Below are positions 1-9,478 of a stretch of DNA of 64,000 nt, piece after piece; the first letter of the stretch is position 1, and each line of letters starts with the position of its first letter. The notes beneath the pieces are model-generated. The model was not told the DNA's origin and did not search any database. It saw only the letters and a program-made list of their open reading frames with translations. The position numbers and the translations under genes were made by a program. The stretch is from contig NC_058368.1 of NCBI RefSeq assembly GCF_018350175.1, positions 214,088,001-214,152,000 on the forward strand, in the 5' to 3' direction. This DNA is from Felis catus. Lineage: Eukaryota.

Positions 1-68
1 CCATTTTCAAGCGTGCGATTGTAAAACTGTATACATTGTCGTTTGCTGCCAGACAGCATCCTCCTGCC

Positions 69-600
69 TCATTCATCCCAGCCATTCAGGGCGTTTTACT
101 AACTATTTATGTAGTGCCTACTTTGTGCCAGCTATAGTTCTAGACACTATCAATGAAAAACATTGATCAAGAGCCCCGTCCTAATGAGGTGGGCAGAGGT
201 GGCTGTGGTGGTGGATGGAGATCTTGAAAAACAAATAATGTGTCTAATAAATAAGGAAATCATTAGAAGGTGATATGTGCAGTGGAAACAAAAAGTTGAT
301 CAGAGAAAGGAGGATGAGGAGCACTTCTGTGTATGATTGAGGGGCCGTGTGTTTAAGAGGAGTGACATTTGAGCAAAGATCTGGGGAATTAATTATCTGA
401 GGAGCTGTCGGGTGAGGGGGACAGAGCTGGAAGAAAGGCTGGGGTGCAAAGGTGCCTAGAGTATTTGAGAAACAGCCTGGAGACGCTATGGCTGCACCTG
501 AGGGGGCCCAGGAGAGGAGAGGAGGAGGGCACGGCCTGTCACGTGGAGCCTGGAGGCTTCTGTATATCTTCACTTTACCCTGAGGTGCGGGAGGGTGGAA
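69..600 (-). mobile_element. L2 3' fragment
   Basis: CATTCA...TATTTA...GTGCCTACTTTGTGCCAG...GTTCTAGACACT, then purine-rich GTGACATTTGAGCAAAGA. Confidence 0.65.
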
Positions 601-1415
601 AATTGCAGGGCATGCTCATAGTCTACGCTTTTTTCCGGATTCCCGTGTGACCAATGACAAGGTTTTGCAAAACAAAGGACTGTAACTGAGGATGGCCTCT
701 GGGGTTAGAGAATAGAATCAAGACAACTGTCTTGGAAAGAATTAAACCTGTATGTACAATGGTTTGTGCCACCATTTAAGGCAAGATAGCAGGCATTTAT
801 CACTTCCTAATTCTTCCCCGGCTTAGGTTATCTGTATCTTTTATTTTAGTCCTATGCACACCCAGAAGTGCGATTGCCTGGAAGAGAGAGGGCACATTTG
901 GTGAATCAGAGGCATTCATTCACTGCCTAATTCTCCTACAGCTACGACTGCCTGTACTTTTCTTCTTAGCCCAATGTACATCTGAACAGAAATTTTGGAA
1001 AGGAGATCTTTCTCAAAGCTAACTTTTATAAACTGAAGATGTGAGTTCTAAGCATGTGGAGCAAAAAAAAAATACATTCTGAGAAAGTAATAGCTTTCTT
1101 CCCAGTGACTGACCTCTTCCCTTTTCTCAATCCCCTGAGGCCAGAGGATAGTGGTGAGATTTTGAGTGGGGAATGCTTGGACCAACCTGTGTTCAAATCC
1201 CATCATAAAGCTAGAAGGTAGCAAGGCACTTGAAATCAGCCTGCTTAGGCTCACTTAAATGATTTCACCTTTTTAAGTGTGTTTCCTTCTGTAAAAGAGA
1301 GGCACTAACACAGTGGCCAGTGCTGTCGTCAGGAATGAGTTAATAAATGTAACAGTTGTGCAGACTGTAAAGCACCACAGAGACACGAGATGTAGTAGTT
1401 GTTTTCAGTGTCGTT

Positions 1416-1645
1416 TTATTTTTTTATTTTTATTTTTTATGTTTATTTATTTTTGAGAGAGAGTGAGAGAGAGCAAGAGCACAGGAGAAGTACAGAGAGA
1501 GGGAGACAGACAGACAGACAGAGGATCCGAAGCAGGCTCTGTGCTGACAGCAGAGAGCCCAATGTGGGGCTTGAACTCACGAACCATGAGATCGTGACCT
1601 GAGCTGAAGTAGGAAGCTTAGCCGACTGAGCCACCCAGGAGCCCC
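1416..1645 (-). mobile_element. Can-SINE (SINEC family)
   Basis: Reverse complement of the GGGGCTCCTGGGTGGCTCAGTCGG tRNA-like head, (CT)n region, A-rich tail. Confidence 0.93.
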
Positions 1646-3524
1646 TGTTGTTTTATTTTTGTAAATAAAATAAGAGATGCCACATGATCCACTTTATTGA
1701 CTGTAGGTTTCCTCCTCTATCGTTGTGGCTTCCCTTCTCTTACAAAACCTGAGGTTTGTTTCCACCTTCTTCAATGGTCTCGTTTTCAGTTCGGGCTCTT
1801 TCAGCCTGGAAATTACCTTACATTCTGTGAGCTCACAGAGAAAGTAGAGAGCAATGTGGAAGCCCTGAGGCTCAGGGGGAGAAGACCGGCGTTTTGTACT
1901 TTGTCCCACCACCTGTTAGCTGTGTGAGTCGGCTACATGACTGCACATCTTAGAGCCTCAGTACTCTAATTTGAGATGCAGATAAATACATACCAGATGG
2001 TTCTGAGGGTTAAATGAGAAAAACAGTTGTGAAGCCTCTTGCCCAGTGTATAGCCCATGGTGTTAGCCTAGGAAGGGTTAAATCCCATTTATTTCCTGTC
2101 TTATTGGGTACAGAATTCCAAAGAGAATAGACCAGCTGTAGGAAGCACTGAAACAAGTTAGGAGTAACGAGGAGACAGTGAATTCTTTGGAGAAGGAAAT
2201 GAAAAGGGAGAATAGAGGGAGTAGGTGAGGAAAAAAGTGGGGAGGAGAAAATGGGTAGATGATGAAGGTAAGGAGAAATCACTTCTATGAGATGAGAGTC
2301 AGCTCTCTTTCTACAGACCACAAAATGTCCATGGAATTCTCCCTGAGTACAGCCCTGCCAATTCAGCCCTTCTAAAAATAACTTTTTTTAATCAAAAAGA
2401 ATATTCATATCCTTCTCTTCCAAAACAACTGTTATAGACTCACACCATTAGAAACACTGATTTGTCTTTGCATACTGTCAGCTTTTATTTATCCTCATAT
2501 CTTAAAATACTTCCCCCAAATCTTCGTTGACAAAGAGAATCACAGCTCTGTAGTTAAGTTTCAAGACTTCTGTTATAATTAGCAAAATGATATGAAATGT
2601 GAAGTTCTTGAGCAGGGATCCCTAGGCATTCTCTTCTTGGAAAAATGTAGGTCTTTACTCTTTCTTCTTTCCTTCTCTCAAAGTCACCAAATTGTCAGGT
2701 TTTTTTTTTTGAAAAAGTACCCTCCCCTCCCCCCCCCCCCCCCCCACCGCAATCCAGGTTGACACTTCTTCCCTTTCTTCCCTTTGTGTAGGGGAGCTTG
2801 CTTTGATTTTTGGAAGGACTGAGTTAACTAACATTTGATTTCTTAGTTCACAACAGGCAACGGTCTGTAAAGTGTTTTGAGCTCAACCTGTGAGCTTAAT
2901 TCATTTGTTGGGGATGAAACTTTCATTTTGAATCATTGCTAAACCTTGATTTTCACCTTGATTGCATTCATTTCTTTTAGGTCCCAGATTTACTTCCTCA
3001 GTCATAGAAGTTATTTATTTTTGAGAGTCTGAGAAATAATAGACATTGTGTATGTGGCATTCGGGGAGCAATGCTAAGAAGGTAGTTATTTAAATGGGTA
3101 GATCGAAGCAAGTTGGCTGGGTTGAAGAAAATTTAATCACTTCTTTATTTCCCGTTTGAGAGAGAAAAAGTCATCACATTTCTCTTTCCACTTGCCCACT
3201 GATCTTTAAACTTTACCTTCATACAAAGGGCCATCATCACACCCTCCATACTGGGTGACTCTTACTCTTTACATTTTAACAGTGTTTGCCAGGTTAGATA
3301 TTAAACAACAAATGAAATGAAAAGGGCCTATTTATATAGTGCCCTCAAATCCTGCCTGCGATTCATTCCCAGTCTGACAGACAAGAGATTTCTTTGGTGA
3401 ATGATTCCCTGAGTAGGTAAAGACATAGGCAAGTTTCATATCTGTTCATTCGCCAAAGCTATGTTTAAACAAAAACTAGTTCATGGTTGAACAACACAGA
3501 TTCTCAGCATGTAACTCTACTCAC

Positions 3525-3631
3525 CTAGAGCGGGCTGTATGCCTTAATGGGGGAGGCGGATAAATCTAGAGTGTCACAGTAACAGTGTGTGCCTCTCATG
3601 GGGAGATAGGATGCAGGGAGAAGCAGTTTAC
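3525..3631 (-). CDS. CDH6: Alternative 3' extension of exon 11 encoding a 35-aa C-terminus (short, cadherin-6/2-like isoform)
   Basis: In-frame continuation [35 protein letters not shown]; stop TAG directly followed by a GTGAGT donor; closely resembles my recollection of the human short-isoform tail. Confidence 0.75.
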
Positions 3632-3883
3632 CTAGTAGGGTCACGATGCACAGAAGGATGGCAATGAGAGCCCCTGTGCTCAGTCCCGTGGGGTGGACGA
3701 GGGCCTCCGCATGGCAGGACTGCATGTTCCCATGGTGGTCACATGCACAGACCCGGACAGTTACTGTCCCAGTGCTGCTTTGGACTGGGTAGTCGTTGTC
3801 TGAAATGACCACAGGCAGGAGATAGGTGCTCATCTCGTGTCTATTATAGCCATTTTTCCGAGTTAAGATTCCTGCTGTGTTAT
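3632..3883 (-). CDS. CDH6: CDH6 exon 11 (end of EC5 and most of the transmembrane helix)
   Basis: gttcc[88 protein letters not shown]; donor TAG|GTAAAC; 252 nt; the final exon is outside the window. Confidence 0.97.
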
Positions 3884-4014
3884 CTGGAACCGGAAAGCAA
3901 AGTCAATGTTAATGGGCATATCACGTCATGGATTGCAACAATTGTGATGACAGTAGATAGATAGAGATAAAGATATAAATATATAGACAGAGAAAGTAAC
4001 TTGGGCTCCTTTAC

Positions 4015-4132
4015 CTTTGTTGTCTTGAATGGTAAAGTTTGAGCCACTGGTTGCTTCAGGGGCCAAAGAGAATGAGAATTGGTGCCCACTATAAGGGTCG
4101 TCTTTGTCAATGGCTCGTAGGGTCTGAATCAA
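4015..4132 (-). CDS. CDH6: CDH6 exon 10 (EC5)
   Basis: gattttAG|TTG; LIQTLRAIDKDDPYSGHQFSFSLAPEATSGSNFTIQDNK; donor G|GTAAAG; 118 nt; followed by a 131-nt intron. Confidence 0.98.
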
Positions 4133-4319
4133 CTAAAATCAAAACCATAAAGCTGCTATAAAGTTTTGGTAACTCAAAAGCATTCCTTACAGTGTTGCAG
4201 TAAATTGCTTGACTAAATGATTTCTGATTTTAATTTAAAAACGATAGTCTCTAGAAAATTTACAGTGAGTCCACTCTATGCAATGAAATGATGGGTTGGA
4301 AATAGAGCCCAAAATAACA

Positions 4320-4468
4320 CTTTGTTTTGGGGCTATCCTGGGCACTGTATGTAGGATGTTTAATAGGAAGCCTGGTCTCCTCCCACTACATACCAGTGAC
4401 ACCCTCCTTTTTGTGACAATCAAAAAATGTCCCCTGGGGGCAAAATCACTTGGGTTGGCAAACACTGC
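4320..4468 (+). mobile_element. MER20 fragment
   Basis: GTAGGATGTTTA...CCCACTA...TGTGACAATCAAAAAATGTCCCCTGGGGGCAAAATCAC. Confidence 0.75.
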
Positions 4469-5182
4469 CCTAGAGTGATACAAAACTATAAAATATCACA
4501 GTGATCTACCACAGCATTTCAACTAAAAAACTTTGGGCACTCTGTACAACAGCCTGTTTAGAAATGCAGTCTTGACATATACATAAACCATCAACTTGCA
4601 TAAAAACTAAAAAGAAAGTTTGTACATAAAACACAACTTCAACTTCCTGCCCTAACATGTATTTTAACAGTGTACCGCTGTTTCGACAAACTGTAACATA
4701 ATTTTATACCATTGGTAGAAAAGACCTATTTCAGGTGGGGACAAATGTGTAAAACAGGAAAACATGCACGAATGTGTATTACTTGTACAGATGGGCAATA
4801 TAAGTAAGTGGAACTATGAATTATAGGCAATTGTAAAATATGTCGTAGTTATCGCTTTCCTCTCTGTACACATGGTAATTAAAAGTATCTGCTCACCAAT
4901 TAAGATTTTTCAAATAAAGCTGTGACTAATCTATTTTAATGAAAACTCAGGACTGATTTGAATCCACATCAGTCTTTGAGAATGATGAACTTTCAGTTCT
5001 TAAAAACTGCTTGTTCTCTTATGCAAGTTAAACATTCATTCTGTTCTTATTTATAGTATTAATTTTGTTAGCATTTACTTCATACTTAATTCAAACCTGG
5101 CCCTCAGCTCTGTGTATCGTCTGAGTTATTAGAAGATCTAAATCAATCTGACTAAATTAATTTACTTTCTGATGAAACTCAC

Positions 5183-5304
5183 CTGATCTGCTTTTGCCTT
5201 TTCACAGACAAAGGTTTCATAGAATTCAGCAAATTCCGGGGCATTGTCATTGACATCTAGAACTTTAATATATAGAGGGACTCGGCTGCTTTGCTTTGGA
5301 TTAT
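5183..5304 (-). CDS. CDH6: CDH6 exon 9 (EC4/EC5)
   Basis: ttgc[45 protein letters not shown]; donor CAG|GTGAGT; 122 nt. Confidence 0.98.
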
Positions 5305-5739
5305 CTGCAACATGCCAAAAAGAAGGGAATAGGCATTTATATGTCGATTGTCAACCCCCTTTAGACAACAGTCACTCACTCCTTTCTCATTCATACACAG
5401 ATTCCCCAAGGCTGCTCTGAGTACCACAAGGCACTGTGTACCAACTTAGTCACAAAAAAGAATTAGTCACAAAAGAGAATGCTTCTGGAGTTGGATACAC
5501 CTGCTGGAAATACCTAGGAGATAAAGCTACTTGTGTTGATATAGGGCAACTGTATACCAACCCCCAGAATAACACAAAAATAAAGAAAAACTTTATCCAG
5601 GAAAGGCAGTTGAGAGGCAGATTTTAAGGGAAGCCAAAGAAGCAGGGAGATGGGAAAACATTTGGACAAAAGAAAGAGCCAGGGGGCTGGGGGTGGGGGT
5701 GGGGGTGGGATCAAGGAAACCAGAGGATGTTTTCATCTT

Positions 5740-5970
5740 AGTTAGTTTTTGTGCTGAATAAGAGCTAGCCATAGTGCTTGGCATTTTGCTATATTATCTT
5801 ATTTAATCCTTACAACCTTTTCTGTAAATACAGTTTTTGCCCCTATTGTATAGATGAGGAAACTGATGCACAGATATGTTAGGTAATTTGTCCATCTTTA
5901 CAGAGACAATGAGTGAGAAGTAGAGCCTTGATTTAAACTTGGGTCTGTCTGACTCCAAGCCCAGACCATT
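5740..5970 (-). mobile_element. MIR
   Basis: TTTAATCCTTACAAC...ATAGATGAGGAAACTGA...GTTAGGTAATTTGTCCA...GGTCTGTCTGACTCCAAG core. Confidence 0.75.
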
Positions 5971-6097
5971 CACCTAGGATAGTGAGAGAGCCGCACCCAT
6001 GTTTGACAACCAGGGACAAGTGAAGTATCTGGGGTAGTGTGGAAGACAGATTCCTGGTCTAAGAATCAGGAGTTAGAACCACTGAACTCAGCCCTCT

Positions 6098-6480
6098 TCA
6101 TTCACTTCACTTATGTATCTGTTTGTTCGCTTCATAAATATTTAGTGACCATCTAATTTTTCATATGTGCCAGCCACTAGTTGGGGTGCTGGGACACATG
6201 GGGAACATCACAAAAATCCTGCATGCTAAGTTTTATTCTAATGGGGGCAGACAAACTGTGAAATGGTACATGCTATGGAGAAATTAAACAGGGAAAGGGA
6301 TTGGAGAGAGATGGAGGTGATACTTTGCATGGGATAACCACTCAGTCTCATCTCATGAGATGCCATTTGTACAGAGACACAAATAAAAAGAATTAAGCTA
6401 CGTGAATATTTCCAGCTCTCCAGAGGGAGGGAACAGTAAATGCCAAGGCCCTGGAATGGGAGTGGGCTGGTTTCACATAA
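6098..6480 (-). mobile_element. L2 3' fragment
   Basis: TTCATTCA...AAATATTTA...TATGTGCCAG...GGTGCTGGG; AAATGCCAAGGCCCTGGA. Confidence 0.6.
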
Positions 6481-7819
6481 GCTCTGGGCTTCTGTTGCAT
6501 CAAAGATAGTCAAGAAGTTTAGACAATAAGATTCTTAAGTTCCTTTGCATCTAAAATGTTTCCTACATTAGTCTTCCAAAGTTAGAATTGCCAAAGATGA
6601 AGTCTTAAAAGGTCTTTATCACTAGTAAGTACTTTCAAATATATCACAGAAACATTAAATCTTAAAAAAATTAGGCACAAAGCTTAAAATATGCATGAAA
6701 TGACTACTTCAGTAAAAAATAAAATTTCATGATGTTATAAAAAGTGGTCCTTTTCAGTGCAAAAAATAATTTTGTAATTTTAAAGCTTTAAGTATGCTCT
6801 GCCATTGGTATCTGCATTAGTCCCTCCACATAAATTCTGAAGAGCATATTCCTACCTAACAAATTTTTAATTAAGAGTTCTTAACATTATCACAAGGCAA
6901 TGCTTCATTTTGCCCATATTGGTTATTTATTATTCTATTCAATATCCTTCAGCCATTTCAAATCTCATGAGTTACGTTGACAAAGAAAACTACTGTAATA
7001 TACCACTAGACATGGAATATTTCACACCAGATACCCAACTGAGCTAAAAATGTTTGAACTTTTAAAATCAAAAACAAAAACCAAAAAATGAGCTATAATT
7101 TAGAAGCCTATTTTTAAACATTTAAATGTTATTTTAAAAATACTTTTTCCTTCATGTACTTAGGCCTACACATTGTGTTTACATTACAAAATTTTCACTG
7201 TGTATAATCATTTTATTTGAAGCATTCATTTGGCATTATTTTTCTTTGCCTTTAATTTCATGGTGACTTCCATAAAATTCACTCTAAACATTTTATTGAT
7301 TACTTGGTGGTTTGGATTGCTCACTTTGGTGTACAATGGAAAAGCTAAAATTTGTATCTCTTACTTCGGTAATGATTTTGAAGTAGAAATTCTGTAGAAA
7401 GCCAGGAGATAGATATCTGAGATATTTCTAAGTAATGCCTACAGTTTTTAATATACTTGATTCTCCTCCCCACCAATCCTAACCATGAGTTCATTTTTTC
7501 AGCTGCTTCTGTAATGTTCTGATTTATAAAGCTTTTTGGAATTGAATCCCATATGTACCAATTCAACCTCATCTGAGAGGTACATTCTCATGTTATTATT
7601 TCTGAACTACATAACATCCACAGTTGCCTCTGCATTTGTGAATGAATGAGCACATGCCTAGAAGAAACATCACTACAAATCATTACAGGGCTCTTTCCCT
7701 CAACAGGTATCGAATAGGATATCAGTACATGGTGACTAATTTCAGCGTTGCTTCACCAGCCCTTGCTGGGACACTCACTCCATCAATTGGGGACAGTCGC
7801 TCTGTGAGGTTAGACTTAC

Positions 7820-7956
7820 TGATCTCTGTTGCTATTACTGTAATGTTGTGCCACAGCAATGTTTCTCGGTCAAGAAGTTTCGACGTAAAAATTGAACCAT
7901 TTCCAGAATCAATGTTGAATATTCTGTCCATATCTGTGTGTCGATCAACAGAATAC
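7820..7956 (-). CDS. CDH6: CDH6 exon 8 (EC4)
   Basis: gcattttt[48 protein letters not shown]; donor A|GTAAGT; 137 nt. Confidence 0.98.
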
Positions 7957-7999
7957 CTAAAAATGCAGAGCAGAATTTAGAATGGTTTTCTTTTCTTCT

Positions 8000-8125
8000 C
8001 TTTTTATCGAATGATAGTTGACACACACTGTTACATTAGTTTCAGGTATACAACATAATGTTTGGCAAGTCTATATGTTATGCTGTGCTCACCACAAGTG
8101 TACCATCTGTCCCCATACAATGCTA
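8000..8125 (-). mobile_element. L1 3'-end fragment
   Basis: TAGTTGACACACACTGTTACATTAGTTTCAGGTATACAACATA matches the reverse complement of a carnivore/laurasiatherian L1 3' UTR end. Confidence 0.75.
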
Positions 8126-8912
8126 GAAAGGTCCTTGTTGTATTTGTTATTCTCACACCCTGCAACTATTCCAAGAATGTCTGTTACATGAATTTTTTCT
8201 ACCTTGTAGCACATATCTGAATATCTATAACTTAATATTAAGTAAAACATTCTGGCAAATTAATTCTTTACAATTGAGATACTAATGTAAACCCATTAGA
8301 CAAGTTGCATGAGTTTGAAAATCAACAATGAAGTTTTTTTTATATGTAATTTGTATCTAGTTTGTATATTAATACATTTTAACTCTAATCTTAGAACTTT
8401 AATGTATATGTGTGTGTTCATGTACATAAGTAGGGCTATTTGTCTAGTTTTCTATTATCCATTTTATTTTAAAATCATTATGTTGAAAGAAGCAAAAAAT
8501 GGCTAGTGTGGCTGCAGTTAGTGAGGTAGGAAAGGGAGAAAGATGAAATTGGGGAGAGAATCAGAGGCTGGACTGCAGAAGAATGGGCTGGCCACGGCAA
8601 GGATTTGGGATTTGTCCTAAGAACAATGTGAATATACCAGTGGATTTTAATCCAAATCATGTTTAATAAAGATTGCTGGTTGAATTGAGGAGAATGGTTG
8701 GCTGGTGCTGTCCCAGCTGGTACAAGAGAAGAACAGGATTTGGGGAAGATCATAAGCTCCAGTTTTGATATTGAAGCTGAGATGCCCAAGGAAAGTTTGG
8801 GAAGCAAAAGGGCTAGATTGAAACTTAGATTTCCTGTTCAATTGTCTAGGAAGAGAAGGTCCAGTGAAGGGAGAAAAATATTAAGGACAGAATCACTTAA
8901 TAGATGATGGAA

Positions 8913-9122
8913 GGGGGCACTCGGGTGGCTCAGTCGGTTACGCGTCTGACTTCAGCTCAGGTCATGATCTCACAGTTTGTGGGTTCGAGCCCCGCATCCG
9001 GCTCTGTGCTGACAGCTCGGAGCCTAGAGCCTGCTTTGGATTCTGTGTCTTCCTCCCTCTCTCCCCCTTCCCCACTCATGCTCTGTCTCTCTCTCTCAAA
9101 AATAAATAAACATAAAAAAAAA
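8913..9122 (+). mobile_element. Can-SINE
   Basis: GGGGCACTCGGGTGGCTCAGTCGGTT head, GGTTCGAGCCC B box, poly-A; TSD-like AGATGATGG on both sides. Confidence 0.95.
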
Positions 9123-9260
9123 GATGATGGGAGAATGAAGACTCACAGTGCCCAGAACAGTGCCCAGAACAGTCCCAGAGCCGAGTAGGAACTTGATAAC
9201 TATTTAAGGAGTTAAGAGAATTCAATGAAAACCAAGAGGTATCTTAGAAATTAAAGGACA

Positions 9261-9478
9261 GGGCGCCTGGGTGGCGCAGTCGGTTAAGCGTCCGACTTCA
9301 GCCAGGTCACGATCTCGCGGTCCGTGAGTTCGAGCCCCGCGTCAGGCTCTGGGCTGATGGCTCAGAGCCTGGAGCCTGTTTCCGATTCTGTGTCTCCCTC
9401 TCTGCCCCTCCCCCGTTCATGCTCTGTCTCTCTCTGTCCCAAAAATAAATAAACGTTGAAAAAAAAATTAAAAAAAAA
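9261..9478 (+). mobile_element. Young feline SINE (SINEC_Fc-like) with 16-bp TSD
   Basis: CpGs intact; perfect TSD AGAAATTAAAGGACAG at 9246-9261 and 9479-9494. Confidence 0.96.

Noticed and set aside
1..3500. Final CDH6 exon (cytoplasmic domain)
   Set aside because: No YNDEGGGEED or beta-catenin-binding coding sequence found; it must lie before base 1.
3926..4014. Exon 10 read-through into the 131-nt intron 10
   Set aside because: It crosses a low-complexity TATC/TC repeat and would stop far upstream of later junctions (NMD target); no supporting signal.
7722..7819. Exon 8 read-through ([14 protein letters not shown]...TMY*) as a secreted isoform
   Set aside because: The exon 8 donor is GTAAGT consensus, there is no donor at the stop, and an open run of about 32 codons is unremarkable.
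7642..7980. Plus-strand ORFs overlapping exons (7642-7980, 15689-15977, 48376-48561)
   Set aside because: Antisense shadows of CDH6 coding exons with no independent gene features.
8913..8990. tRNA-like A/B boxes
   Set aside because: They are the tRNA-derived heads of SINEs, not tRNA genes.
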